A DNA stretch of 64,000 nt, taken from Candidatus Aenigmatarchaeota archaeon. GTDB lineage: Archaea > Aenigmatarchaeota > Aenigmatarchaeia > CG10238-14 > SCSR01. Below the pieces are notes generated by a model, which saw only the letters and a program-made list of their open reading frames with translations, did no database searches and was not told the DNA's origin. The stretch lies in the NCBI GenBank assembly GCA_016187415.1, contig JACPJT010000007.1:132821-196820 (forward strand), written 5' to 3'. Positions 47,808 to 58,081 of this stretch are shown one piece after another (positions within the stretch are counted from its first letter, which is position 1; every line of letters begins with the position of its first letter). The position numbers were made by a program, and so were the translations under genes.

Positions 47808-50090
47808 TTATCCGATGTATGACGGCGTTTCCTTTTCTTCGCCGGTGGCCTGCCTCTTTCTTCTGTCCACGAACTTTTCATAATAGTTTATCACGTCCTT
47901 CGTGATGCTCGGCGACATTCTGGTTAAAACAGTATCGAAATGTTTCATCTTGATCTCCTTCGTTTTCCTGTCCTGCCTCAGCGCCTCCATTGCGGCTTCC
48001 CTGCACAGCGCTTCTATATCGGCACCAGAAAATCCTTCTGTTTTCTTGGCAAGTTCTTTCAGGTCAACATCCTTGAGCGGCATCTTGCTCGTGTGAACTT
48101 TGAAAATCTCCAACCTTGATTTTGCATCTGGCGCAGGAATCAAGACCATCCTGTCGAATCTTCCCGGACGCAATAATGCCGAATCGACTATATCCGGACG
48201 GTTTGTCGCTGCCATTACAACCACGCCTTTCAATTCCTCCAATCCTGACATCTCTGTCAACAACTGCGATACAACCGTCTCTGTCGTCGCGCTTCCTGTG
48301 AACATTCCCCTTTTCGGCGCAATCGCATCAATCTCGTCAAGGAATACTATCGCTGGCGCAACTTGCCTCGCCCTTCTGAACACATCTCTTATCGCGCGTT
48401 CAGATTCGCCGACCCACTTGCTGAAAACTTCAGGACCCTTTATGGAAATGAAATTGGCTCCCGACTCGTTCGCCACTGCCTTCGCCAGCAATGTCTTCCC
48501 GGTTCCTGGCGGACCATATAACAAAATGCCTCTCGGCGGCGTGACGCCCATTTTTTCAAAAGAGTCTGGATATTTCAGCGGCCATTCAACCATCTCTTGC
48601 AATTGCTCCTTGACATCTTCCAACCCGCCGATGTCAGACCACTTTACTTTAGGAATCTCAACCATGACTTCCCTCATTGCAGACGGTTCAACTATGCGCG
48701 ATGCATTTTCGAAATCCTCTTCGGTAACAATAAGCTTCTCTATGATTTCTTTCGGAAGTTCCTCTTCTTCCCTCCATTTGATGTCCGGCAGGATTCTCCT
48801 CAGCGCGGACATTGCTGCTTCCTTGCACACTGCCCATATGTCAGAACCTACGAAACCGTAAGTGACATCGGCCAGATGATTAAGGTCAACATCCTTGAGC
48901 GGCATGTTCCTTGCATGTATCTTAAAAATTTCCAGTCTGCCTTCCCTGTCCGGCACGGGAAATTCAATTTCCCTGTCGAATCTTCCAGCCCTTCTCAACG
49001 CAGGATCGAGGCTGTTGGGCCTGTTCGTAGCTGCGATTACAATCACTTTTCCTCTTTTCTTCAAGCCGTCCATCTGCGTCAATAAAGTTGATACGACCCT
49101 TCTCTCGACTTCGCCTGTCACTTCTTCCCTCTTCGGAGCTATCGCGTCAATCTCGTCAATGAAAATAATTGCAGGGGCATTCTTCTCGGCTTCATCAAAA
49201 ATTCTTTTTATGTTCTGTTCCGATTCTCCGTACCATTTTGACATTACTTCAGGTGCACTTATCGAAATAAAGTATGCTCCCGACTCGTTCGCCACAGCCT
49301 TCGCCAGCAATGTCTTCCCGGTTCCAGGCGGACCATATAACAACACTCCTTTAGGCGGTTCGATCCCCAGTCTCTCAAATAATTCAGGGTGCCTCAAAGG
49401 AAGCTCGATCATTTCCCTGACCTTGTGAATGATTTCCCGGATGCCGCCGACATCTTCGTATGTGACAGTCGGCACGGCTCTTTCTTCCAGTTTCATTGAT
49501 TCCGGAAGCGTCGGCAGGATTTCAACGTCTGTTATTTCGCCGATCCTGACAACACCGGCTGGAGTGGTATTGACAACAACAAATTTCGTGTCTCCAGAGA
49601 ACGGCGTGAACGGGAAGAAATCGTCGAATTCCATGTCGAAAAACTGCTCGAACAATCCCGAGCTCCTTCTCTTGATGACCGGCGACGGGACAATGATGTC
49701 GCCTCTCACCATCGGGCGCATAAAAATATTCTGTTTTATAAGATTCGGCGATATGTGGATCATTATTCCTTTTTGCGCTGGCGCAAGCGTTACGTTCTTC
49801 GCTTCCTTGACTTCTGCCTTCCTTAATTTCACGTACTCGCCGACACCGCTGCCAGCGTTCCTTCTTGTTATTCCGTCCATGCGGATGATGTTCAGCCCGA
49901 CATCTGCGGGATAAGCGCGAACGGCGATCGCTGCAGTTATTTTCGACCCCTCGATTTCCAGCACGTCGCCTTCCTTTATCATAAGCTTGCCCATTGTGTT
50001 GGAATCTATCCTGACGATTCCCCTGCCGGCCTCTTCCCTTGCCGTCAGTTCGCCCACTTTCAGCCTGACTTCGTTTGATTGCTCAGTCAT
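47808..50090 (-). CDS. cdc48: Cdc48/VCP-like AAA+ ATPase
   Basis: An N domain is followed by two AAA modules, each with '[15 protein letters not shown]'. Confidence 0.9.
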   Translation of the reverse strand: MTEQSNEVRLKVGELTAREEAGRGIVRIDSNTMGKLMIKEGDVLEIEGSKITAAIAVRAYPADVGLNIIRMDGITRRNAGSGVGEYVKLRKAEVKEAKNVTLAPAQKGIMIHISPNLIKQNIFMRPMVRGDIIVPSPVIKRRSSGLFEQFFDMEFDDFFPFTPFSGDTKFVVVNTTPAGVVRIGEITDVEILPTLPESMKLEERAVPTVTYEDVGGIREIIHKVREMIELPLRHPELFERLGIEPPKGVLLYGPPGTGKTLLAKAVANESGAYFISISAPEVMSKWYGESEQNIKRIFDEAEKNAPAIIFIDEIDAIAPKREEVTGEVERRVVSTLLTQMDGLKKRGKVIVIAATNRPNSLDPALRRAGRFDREIEFPVPDREGRLEIFKIHARNMPLKDVDLNHLADVTYGFVGSDIWAVCKEAAMSALRRILPDIKWREEEELPKEIIEKLIVTEEDFENASRIVEPSAMREVMVEIPKVKWSDIGGLEDVKEQLQEMVEWPLKYPDSFEKMGVTPPRGILLYGPPGTGKTLLAKAVANESGANFISIKGPEVFSKWVGESERAIRDVFRRARQVAPAIVFLDEIDAIAPKRGMFTGSATTETVVSQLLTEMSGLEELKGVVVMAATNRPDIVDSALLRPGRFDRMVLIPAPDAKSRLEIFKVHTSKMPLKDVDLKELAKKTEGFSGADIEALCREAAMEALRQDRKTKEIKMKHFDTVLTRMSPSITKDVINYYEKFVDRRKRQATGEEKETPSYIG

Positions 50091-50440
50091 TCGTCATCAT
50101 CCTCGAATTCTTGCTCGAACTCATCAAAGATATCTTTTGTCTCCCTGTCCAATAAAACCTTGAATGTCTTCCACATAACCTTATTATGCCATTCGTCAAA
50201 GAAATCCGTTATCTCGGCGAAATTGTTCTCAGGGACTATGAACGAGGACTGGTCCACCTTCATGTGTGGCATGTCGTCCAGGACGCCCTCGCGGCGGTAC
50301 GTGTATTCCTTGTCGCCTTTGGGCACGGTCTGCGTCCAGCCGTAAAGCGACTTGAAAAACTTTGTCCTCTCGCCGTTGCTCACAAAATTCTCTGTCTTTA
50401 CAGAGAAAGATATCAGTATGCCTCTTCTCTCTCTTGACAT
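50087..50440 (-). CDS. Hypothetical acidic protein translationally coupled to cdc48
   Basis: Its stop overlaps the cdc48 start (ATGA). An acidic C-terminus '[11 protein letters not shown]' is present. Confidence 0.45.
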   Translation of the reverse strand: MSRERRGILISFSVKTENFVSNGERTKFFKSLYGWTQTVPKGDKEYTYRREGVLDDMPHMKVDQSSFIVPENNFAEITDFFDEWHNKVMWKTFKVLLDRETKDIFDEFEQEFEDDDE

Positions 50441-50554
50441 AGTTAGTGTATAGATGTTCTAAACTATTTAAATTTAACGGTCGGGGGGTTCTGTCGCAGA
50501 ATCGGTTGGTTTTTAAGATTTTTCATTTTTGTCACATGCTCGGTTGCTATTTTC

Positions 50555-50752
50555 TTACCACTTCATCTTGTATTTTTGAACCCAATACCAAAAGATGACT
50601 GCTATCGGTATAACTGTAATATTAATCACCAGAATGACAAACCGTATCGTCAGTTCTTCTGGATTTTTCCATAAATGATAAAATACAATAGCATCTGTAA
50701 TAGACACTACAACAGCAACAACTATGAGCATTCTTTTTGCTAAACTTATCAT
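50555..50752 (-). CDS. Small membrane protein
   Basis: The 65-aa product has two hydrophobic helices. Confidence 0.35.
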   Translation of the reverse strand: MISLAKRMLIVVAVVVSITDAIVFYHLWKNPEELTIRFVILVINITVIPIAVIFWYWVQKYKMKW

Positions 50753-50958
50753 ACTTTATTCTCCAAACTCTGTCTCAATAATGATAACCATTGATTTCTA
50801 TCCAAATTTAAATCTATCCTTGCTACTTGGCTTGGCGTCATTCCGTTCAAAGCTTGATGAGGACGGATTAAATTGTACCAAGTGTTGAATCCTTCCGATA
50901 GCATTTGTGCAGTATGATACACCTTGAATACTTTTCTTGTCTTATCTATACCTATCAT
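50749..50958 (-). pseudogene. DDE transposase (rve integrase-core) C-terminal fragment, an IS remnant
   Basis: 'WYNLIRPHQALNGMTPSQV' is the IS3/IS481-type C-terminal motif. Only 69 aa survive, and the degraded reading frames probably continue to ~51230. Confidence 0.6.
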
Positions 50959-51332
50959 ACGTTTTTAATTTCTTTTTTAAAGATATTCTCTTTCTAACTT
51001 TTGTTTCTGGCTTTTCACAATTGACCACTTCAAGTATAATAATTTACTTTGCTGCCAACTATTTCTTCTTAATCCAGTCGCTTAAAGTTTCTTCTGCAAC
51101 CATGTAAATTATTGTCAATTGTACTATGCCTTCGACTTGCCCGTGCACGACTTTACATGCCGCTTGTAGAGCCTCCTCGATTTCCTCATGTGGCATTTGG
51201 GGCAATTGTGTTTCAATTCAATCACTTACAGAAGAATTAGTTTCCAGTACCTGCAAACCAGTAGAAAATAATTTTGCTGTACAATTCCTTTTTATTAGGA
51301 GGATAAATAGGCACGAATATCCGCCGGGTGCG

Positions 51333-51899
51333 TCATTTCGAAATTTTCAAAACAGCCTCAAGGGCGGAAGGAAGCTCCAGAATTTCATCGAAATGACCCT
51401 TCTTGTGCTCCACTATTATTTCCGACCCGAGCCTTTTGCGGAAATCATCCTGGTTGTCCAGCGGCACAAACGGATCATTGTCGGAAAATATCGCGACACT
51501 CTTGTTCAAATGCACCCTGACAAGGTCAAGATCGATCGGCGTCCCCAGCCAATGGTTGTCAATCGCATGGTCTTCTTCCGTTTCTATTCCCGTGAGCCGC
51601 TTGAAGAAGCCGCCGACAAACACGGCGCCGCCGATTTTCACATTAGCCGGCTGCGATTCCAAAAACCTGGCGATCGCTTGGCATCCCATGCTGTGGCCGA
51701 TCAAGTAAGTTTGTTCGTTTGGGGATGCAACGGCTTTCTTGAGCGCCGCCACCCACCTGTTTATCTGGGGCATTTCAGGCAGCGGCAATTGAGGGACCTG
51801 GACAACAAAACCAGCCCTCTGAAGATTGCGTTTCAGCCAAGGGAACCACGCATTATTCGGGTTTCCGCCCCACCCATGGATTAGAAATGCCATTTTCAT
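51333..51899 (-). CDS. Alpha/beta-fold serine hydrolase (YdeN-like)
   Basis: 'YLIGHSMGCQ' is the nucleophile elbow. The product is 188 aa. Confidence 0.6.
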   Translation of the reverse strand: MKMAFLIHGWGGNPNNAWFPWLKRNLQRAGFVVQVPQLPLPEMPQINRWVAALKKAVASPNEQTYLIGHSMGCQAIARFLESQPANVKIGGAVFVGGFFKRLTGIETEEDHAIDNHWLGTPIDLDLVRVHLNKSVAIFSDNDPFVPLDNQDDFRKRLGSEIIVEHKKGHFDEILELPSALEAVLKISK

Positions 51900-51943
51900 G
51901 AATTAACCTCCGCTTTGTCGAAACTTAAATCTAACAACAGGAT

Positions 51944-52744
51944 TCAGATCTTATCAATCCACTTGAGAAATATCCGTTTTATTTCCATTATTGGTTCCTG
52001 AGTATTAAGCTCGTGTGCCGCGTTTTTTATAACATGCAGTTCCTTTTTCCCCGGCAATTTGTCATAAAGTAATTTTTGGTGCTTATACGGAGTGCTGCCG
52101 TCCTTTTCACCGACAATTAGTAGAACCGGCATTGTTAGATTATTCACTTCAGGCAAGACATCATACTTAAGCCTGTCCACCATATGGGACCATGGGAGTC
52201 TCTTTATTCTTCCCGGATGCGAAATACTTTTCTCTTCGCGCCATCCTGATTTTTCCCACTCGCGCAATGTCTTGCTATGCTTAGGCGCTTCAGCGCTTAA
52301 TCTGCCCGATACTACGGTAGATATCGGAGCGAGTCCTTTGATTTCTTCCGGATGCTTTTCCGCATAAAGAATTATTGAAATACCGCCCAAACTATGCCCC
52401 ACCAAGCAGAACGGTTCAACATACCAAGATTGAGTTTTAGCCCAAACAATGACATCTTCCAAGTCCTCGTAGTAATTGGTAACAGTGGCGTCTTCATATC
52501 TCCCATCGCTCTCCCCGAAGGTGTTTGTTGTATCGAATCTGACAACGGTGTATCCGCTTTCCTTGAACGCCTCCGCAAAAATGGCAACATGAGGCTGTTC
52601 CTTGGAGCCGCCCAATCCATGCATAACAATAGCCAGCCCTTCGGGATTTTGCGGTTTGTCAACAAGTACAGAAATGTTTTGTCCTTTCCTATTCTTGATT
52701 ATTATGGACTGCGTTTTTTTATACTGAGATTTTTCAACCGGCAT
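51944..52744 (-). CDS. Alpha/beta hydrolase
   Basis: 'LVGHSLGG' is the GxSxG motif. The product is 266 aa. Confidence 0.65.
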   Translation of the reverse strand: MPVEKSQYKKTQSIIIKNRKGQNISVLVDKPQNPEGLAIVMHGLGGSKEQPHVAIFAEAFKESGYTVVRFDTTNTFGESDGRYEDATVTNYYEDLEDVIVWAKTQSWYVEPFCLVGHSLGGISIILYAEKHPEEIKGLAPISTVVSGRLSAEAPKHSKTLREWEKSGWREEKSISHPGRIKRLPWSHMVDRLKYDVLPEVNNLTMPVLLIVGEKDGSTPYKHQKLLYDKLPGKKELHVIKNAAHELNTQEPIMEIKRIFLKWIDKI

Positions 52745-53086
52745 TATTCCCTATTGCTAATTTGTCAGACACTTTTAATAAACTCAATCAATCTTTCCTC
52801 TGTAAATTATTTTTGTAAAATATTTTTAATCGTGAGTTCTTCAAAAAAATACAAAAATTTAAATATTTCAAAAACAATTTATTTTTAATGAATCCAATGG
52901 ATATATTTTTCGCAATAGTGCAGGGAATAGTCGCGCTGCTTCTGCTTTTGAGAATATCGGGTTTGCCGGATTTTCTTGTGTATTTCTTCGCGGTCACACT
53001 CGTTCTCTCAGGGACAATAGATTTGTTCACAGGTTAGTAAATCAACCGATTTCTTTTGGTGTGAAATAAAAAAAGCAATTCTCCGG

Positions 53087-55156
53087 CTATTTTTTCTTTC
53101 CCCATGAAGCTTTCGTCGTGCAATTCGGGTCAATGCACATCCTGAACGGTCTTCTCGCTCTCCTTATTACTTGAATCATCGGAGTTCCGCATTCCTTGCA
53201 TGTTCTGCCGATGGATTGTATTTTCGCAATTCTTGGCAGGGGATAAAGGTTCGTGCATTTCGGGTATCCGTCGCATCCGACAAACTGGCCTCCGGTTTTC
53301 GATCTCATGATCCGCAATTCATTTCCGCACTTCGGGCATATACCCAGCCTGCTGGCCTCTTTTTTGGCTTCAGTAAACCCTTCCAACAGTTTTTTCCCAA
53401 TTTCCTTTTCATTTTTTCTGAAGTCTTCCAGTATTTCGGCAAGGACAGTCTTGGCCTCGTCAACAATATCCTCTCTTTTCTTCCCACTCTTGTATACCAG
53501 TTCCATTTCATCCTCAAAGTGTCTTGTCAGTTCTTCGCTGACAATCTTCGGCGAGTATTCCTCCAACGTCCGCACAACGGCTTCGCCTAATTTCGTCACA
53601 TTGATAGATTTTCCAGTTACATAGCCCCTGTCGTACAGAGTCTGCAGTATGTCTGCGCGAGTTGCCTTTGTCCCGAGATCCCTTTTTTCCAACTCTTTTA
53701 ATATGGAACCCTGCGAGTATCTCCCGGGCGGTTGCGTTTCCTTGGACAGCATGTCAAGCCTGTCAACCTTCAGCGCCTGCCCGATTTTCAAATCCGGCAA
53801 AATAATTTCGTCCCTTGACAGGTAGGGCGCGTAAATTTCTGTCCATCCCGGTTCCAAAGTCTTCTTTCCGACAAGAAGGAACCTGTTTCCATTTACATCA
53901 AGCGCGACTGTATTCGTTTCACGGACCGCCGCTTCGGCGAATGTGGCAAGAGTTCTCCTTGCAATAAGATCGTATATTTTCTTCTGTTGCGGATTCAGCT
54001 TGCCCGTGTCAGGCGTTTCATGAGTTACATACACCGCCGGATGCGCGGGATCGCTGCGTGCGCCTTCAACGGGTCTGGGATCTCCTTTTTTCAAAATATT
54101 TTCAACAAATTTCTTGTAAGGAGCCAGTTTACCAATCGCCTTCAATATTTTGCTGTAGCCTATGCTCGGAGGCAACTTTTGCGATGAAGAGCGCGGATAT
54201 GACACGTATCCCGCTTGGTAAAGCCCTTCAACAATGCTCAAGGTCTGCGTCGGCGAGAAACCGAAGTTCGCGTAAGCTTCCGACTGTAAGTCCGTTGTAT
54301 TGAATGGCACTGGCGGATTTTGCTGGTATTGTTTCTTTTTGATATCCTTTACCGTTGCATCCTTGCCTTTGCAGTCGGAAAAAATCCTGTCGGCATCATC
54401 CTTTTCCCAGATTTTATCCTGTTCGAAAGCAGCAACCAATTCTTCACCATCAACTTTCACATGCAGCTCGAGCTGCCAGAATGGCGTCGGCTTGAAAGAT
54501 ATTATTTCAAGCTCTCTCTGCATCAGAATTTCCAAGGTGGGGCCCTGCACCCTGCCGGTGGACAGCACGTTGAACCCTGTGCTTGCGGATTTCAGGGCGA
54601 GCGTGAGCGCTCTTGTCAGATTTATGCCGTACAGCCAGTCAAGCTCGTGCCTTGTCAATCCCGCCTCCAGCATCGGGAACATGATATGACTCTCAATGTT
54701 CTTGTAAGATTCTATCAGCTCGTCTTTTGTCAATGTGGAGAACTTCATTCTTTTCGCGTCTTCCACGCCGCATAAAAATCTCAGGATATTGAACAGCAAT
54801 ACCTCCCCCTCGTTGTCAACGTCGGCGGCATCTATGAAATCGGCCGCGCCCTTCGCCAATTTTTCTATGTTCTTCAGGTATTTCTCTGTCCATTCGGTCC
54901 CCTTTCTCGTGTAAGTAGGAACCCAGCCGTAATCGAATACGGGATAGCTCCAGCCTTTGCTGTTTTCAGTTTTTTTTACATCCAGAACAAAAAGGTGGCC
55001 GACAGCAGGCACGCAGATGTGCGGCTTGCCGTTCACAGTGAATTCATAGTAACTGACGCCATAATTTTCATGGTGCACCGGTTTCCTGTCGGCAATCGAT
55101 TCGGATATGCGCCTCGCCGCATCTGGCTTTTCAACGATTATCAAAGTGTAGGACAT
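53087..55156 (-). CDS. topA: DNA topoisomerase I (type IA) with C-terminal Zn-ribbons
   Basis: The N-terminal 'MSYTLIIVEKP' Toprim reads 'VIIVEKPS'-like. A 'GYVSYPR' active-site Tyr region is present. The C-terminus reads 'CPKCG...CDGYPKC...CKECG'. Confidence 0.85.
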   Translation of the reverse strand: MSYTLIIVEKPDAARRISESIADRKPVHHENYGVSYYEFTVNGKPHICVPAVGHLFVLDVKKTENSKGWSYPVFDYGWVPTYTRKGTEWTEKYLKNIEKLAKGAADFIDAADVDNEGEVLLFNILRFLCGVEDAKRMKFSTLTKDELIESYKNIESHIMFPMLEAGLTRHELDWLYGINLTRALTLALKSASTGFNVLSTGRVQGPTLEILMQRELEIISFKPTPFWQLELHVKVDGEELVAAFEQDKIWEKDDADRIFSDCKGKDATVKDIKKKQYQQNPPVPFNTTDLQSEAYANFGFSPTQTLSIVEGLYQAGYVSYPRSSSQKLPPSIGYSKILKAIGKLAPYKKFVENILKKGDPRPVEGARSDPAHPAVYVTHETPDTGKLNPQQKKIYDLIARRTLATFAEAAVRETNTVALDVNGNRFLLVGKKTLEPGWTEIYAPYLSRDEIILPDLKIGQALKVDRLDMLSKETQPPGRYSQGSILKELEKRDLGTKATRADILQTLYDRGYVTGKSINVTKLGEAVVRTLEEYSPKIVSEELTRHFEDEMELVYKSGKKREDIVDEAKTVLAEILEDFRKNEKEIGKKLLEGFTEAKKEASRLGICPKCGNELRIMRSKTGGQFVGCDGYPKCTNLYPLPRIAKIQSIGRTCKECGTPMIQVIRRARRPFRMCIDPNCTTKASWGKKK

Positions 55157-55184
55157 TAAATCAAATATGCGCTCAAAAACTTAT

Positions 55185-55730
55185 TTACTCCACGACTATG
55201 GGTACATTTTTCGGAATCTTTTCCAGCATGGTTTCCAAGGCAGCCATCCGCGATTCGAGAAATACAAGCCTGTTTATTATTTCTGTAAACTGGTTGGAAT
55301 CATTCGCCGCTTCTGCTGAAGCCATTTCGATCTGAAGCTCCTTTACAATTTCTATCAGCTCTTCCACCCTGCCGTCGTCCTTTGTAGAGTTTAAAGAATC
55401 GATTTCACTCTGGAGCAGGTCGAACTTCCGCTTTATGTTGGACAGCCCGACCCTTGACAGATTGCTTTCCATTCCCATCAAATTTCCCTGCAAAACAGAA
55501 ACGTCATTCTCCAAAGAAGCTATCCTGTTTTCCACAGCGCCGAATCTCCTCTCAAGGCGTCCGGCAATATCTTTGAATTCATCGAATTCCTTTGATGCGG
55601 AAAATTTTTCATCACGTTTTACATCCAAGTTTTTTTCCTCGACTAATGCCATAAGAAGTTTTTTTATATCGGAAATATCCTTGGTTACGTTCTCCGCCTG
55701 ATGGGGTTCTTGTTCTGCCATGCGAATCAA
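55185..55730 (-). CDS. Coiled-coil protein, a paralogue of the downstream large coiled-coil protein
   Basis: Its C-terminus 'RLVFLESRMAALETMLEKIPKNVPIVVE' parallels 'RIVFLETRLTALESTLSEEKSQPIILE' in the 55735..57516 product. Confidence 0.5.
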   Translation of the reverse strand: MIRMAEQEPHQAENVTKDISDIKKLLMALVEEKNLDVKRDEKFSASKEFDEFKDIAGRLERRFGAVENRIASLENDVSVLQGNLMGMESNLSRVGLSNIKRKFDLLQSEIDSLNSTKDDGRVEELIEIVKELQIEMASAEAANDSNQFTEIINRLVFLESRMAALETMLEKIPKNVPIVVE

Positions 55731-55734
55731 AATC

Positions 55735-57516
55735 TCATTCCAGTATTATCGGCTGCGATTTCTCTTCCGATAGAGTGCTCTCCAAAGCCGTGAGCCTTGT
55801 TTCTAAAAATACTATCCTGTTGATCAGCTCGTCCATCAATGATGTGGATGATGTTGACACACGGCCTTCCAAGTCATTAATCCTGTCGATAATCTGCGCC
55901 ATTCTACCTTCCTGTTCGGATGCCTTGTCACCAATGTCACTTTCCAATGAGTCGACCTTCTCAGCTATCTGGTTCATGCTGCTGATTGTCGATTTTGATG
56001 TCCTGTTCTCCAAGGCCATAACAGATCCCTGCAAAACAGACAGGTCGTTTTCCAACGACTTGATTATATTCTCATTGCTCCCAATCTTCCTGTCGAATGA
56101 CGAAGCAATCTCATGCATGCCTTCGATATTTTTCTCCACGCCTTCAAGCTTCTCCTCAAATTCCGCGTTCCTGTCCTCCGAAAATCTGCCTTCAACCTCC
56201 CTTTTGAGGTTTTCAAATCTTTTGTCCATGTCATCGACCAGCTTCTTGTAGTCGGTTTTCCATTTCAACGTCAGTATGTCCTCTTTGGACTTGTCAAACT
56301 CGTCGATGAACGTTTTCATTTCCGCAAGTTTGTTTTCAACATCCCTGAATCTCGACAGAACCTGATCCAATTCTTTAAACGGCTCGTTGCCCTGCTTTAT
56401 TGTTTCTGCGGCGGCCAAGACAGATCGGAATTCGGATAATTTTTCATCAATTGTCTTCTCAACATCGCCCAAGCCCTCAAAACTTTCAACTTTGTTGTTG
56501 ACCCTGTTGATCAGCGGCCTTATCCCGTTGATTTCTTTCGCCAATTCCTTGGCAAACGAGTCAATCGCATCCAATTTCGAAGTGTTGACAAGCGAATCGT
56601 TTCTGACGTTTTCCAGCTCCTTCAACAGCTTTGTCTGCATCTGCGAGTTCGCCTTTTCACCGACCTCCTGCTTTACCCTTTCGACTTCGCGCTTGTAATT
56701 CTCAATGTCAAATTTGATTGTCGATATGGAATCTTCCAGCCTTCTCTTGAACGAGTCGAAGTTCGGGAATTCGGGAATAAGTGGCAGTATGTAACTTTTA
56801 ACATCGTTCTTCAGTTGTTCTATGTCTATGCCCTCGGCAAGCCTGCTCTGCATGTTTGTTATTGCCGCATTCAATTCGTTCAACTTGTTCTGGAATTCTT
56901 CTTTTGAAGATTGTAGAGAACTTTCCAATTCTTTGATGCCTGGCATTTCTGCTGTCAGCGATTCCTTTATTCTAGACTCAAATTCAGTCATATCAGGAAT
57001 AGTCAGTATCTTCTGCTCAAGAGAATTAATTTTCTCATCCACGCCAGTGGGAATTTCTGCTGTCAGCGATTCCTTTATTCTAGACTCAAATTCAGTCATA
57101 TCAGGAATAGTCAGTATCTTCTGCTCAAGAGAATTAATTTTTTCCTGAAGCTCCGGAGGAATCTTAACCTCTTCTGCTTTCGGCTGGATTCCTTCCAGCA
57201 TTTTTTTCAGTTCCAAGATCCCCGCATTCTCGACCATCGTGAGGTCTTCAATGTCATCTACCCTTTGTTTCAGCTCATCCAGACTTTTGACGTCTATTTT
57301 CTGCACGGTTTCCTGGATTTCAGAAATAGCTATATCCAGTTCAGCCATCTTTTTCTGCGAGAAAGCAAGATCCCTTCTGAATGAACTGCTGTCGGTTTTA
57401 GATATTTTCTTCTTCTCTTCATGGTGTTCTCTTTCAGCCTTCGGTTCGGTCTCAGGCAAGACTTCCCCAACAACCACATCATCTTGAGCGTTACCGCTAT
57501 TCTCGTTTTCTGCCAT
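55735..57516 (-). CDS. Large coiled-coil protein (593 aa) with an internal 36-aa tandem duplication
   Basis: The product is heptad-rich. 'EKINSLEQKILTIPDMTEFESRIKESLTAE' is duplicated, encoded by the 108-bp tandem DNA repeat. Confidence 0.5.
   Translation of the reverse strand: MAENENSGNAQDDVVVGEVLPETEPKAEREHHEEKKKISKTDSSSFRRDLAFSQKKMAELDIAISEIQETVQKIDVKSLDELKQRVDDIEDLTMVENAGILELKKMLEGIQPKAEEVKIPPELQEKINSLEQKILTIPDMTEFESRIKESLTAEIPTGVDEKINSLEQKILTIPDMTEFESRIKESLTAEMPGIKELESSLQSSKEEFQNKLNELNAAITNMQSRLAEGIDIEQLKNDVKSYILPLIPEFPNFDSFKRRLEDSISTIKFDIENYKREVERVKQEVGEKANSQMQTKLLKELENVRNDSLVNTSKLDAIDSFAKELAKEINGIRPLINRVNNKVESFEGLGDVEKTIDEKLSEFRSVLAAAETIKQGNEPFKELDQVLSRFRDVENKLAEMKTFIDEFDKSKEDILTLKWKTDYKKLVDDMDKRFENLKREVEGRFSEDRNAEFEEKLEGVEKNIEGMHEIASSFDRKIGSNENIIKSLENDLSVLQGSVMALENRTSKSTISSMNQIAEKVDSLESDIGDKASEQEGRMAQIIDRINDLEGRVSTSSTSLMDELINRIVFLETRLTALESTLSEEKSQPIILE
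56945..57141. repeat. Tandem duplication, two identical 89-bp cores with 108-bp period
   Basis: 'ATTTCTGCTGTCAGCGATTCCTTTATTCTAGACTCAAATTCAGTCATATCAGGAATAGTCAGTATCTTCTGCTCAAGAGAATTAATTTT' occurs at 56945 and at 57053. Confidence 0.8.
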
Positions 57517-57534
57517 CTTCTACCTAGGACTTAA

Positions 57535-58077
57535 TTAGCTTTTCCCAAAGTTATGCTTTTCTATGTTAAGCCAGAGCAGCCAGATGCCGACTATGGCCAG
57601 TATAAGTCCCTCGCGCCAGAGAACAGTGTGGACAATATCAAAAAGATTGAAGCCGAACCTGGTTGAGATTAAGATGGTAGTTGTTATGCGGAGATAATTC
57701 AACACGAACACAATACCAATGCCAATCAGCCCGGCTTTCAGCCTTCTGGACAGCCGCGAGATAGGCGTTGCTAGGATCAGCGCGAATATCGCATACATGC
57801 TTTTCCACCCTGTGGAATCCCAAGATATGTCTATTTTTTGGTTTGCGCCGCCACCAGACAGGTTAATCGTGAAATAATTTGATGATGCGTCATACCCGAG
57901 CGCCTTGATAGACGCCGCAGAAATTTTTGCGTCGAATACCTGCAGAGGCTCGAATGAAAAATTAGTGTACAATGAAATGTAAAGCGGTATCGCAAGCAGG
58001 TTGAATACAATGAAAAAAGTTATAACCGGCTTTAGTTTCTCAACTACTCCTTTCTTTTTCTGTAACCGTTTAGCCAT
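57535..58077 (-). CDS. Exosortase/archaeosortase-domain-like polytopic membrane protein (short form)
   Basis: 'WDSTGWKSMYAIFAL' has Ser at the position of the family's Cys nucleophile (inferred by eye). 'LNYLRITTT' is the N..R motif. The product is 180 aa. Confidence 0.4.
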   Translation of the reverse strand: MAKRLQKKKGVVEKLKPVITFFIVFNLLAIPLYISLYTNFSFEPLQVFDAKISAASIKALGYDASSNYFTINLSGGGANQKIDISWDSTGWKSMYAIFALILATPISRLSRRLKAGLIGIGIVFVLNYLRITTTILISTRFGFNLFDIVHTVLWREGLILAIVGIWLLWLNIEKHNFGKS

Positions 58078-58081
58078 TCAA

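Noticed and set aside
48100-49914. Several long plus-strand ORFs (253, 177 and 161 aa) inside the cdc48 locus
   Set aside because: These are antisense to a highly conserved AAA+ gene. Their S/P-rich low-complexity translations are typical of antisense reading frames.
52888-53037. Unlisted 49-aa hydrophobic ORF (MNPMDIFFAIVQGIVALLLLLRISGLPDFLVYFFAVTLVLSGTIDLFTG)
   Set aside because: It is plausible as a small membrane protein upstream of topA. It is too short and too featureless to call with confidence, so it is mentioned only.
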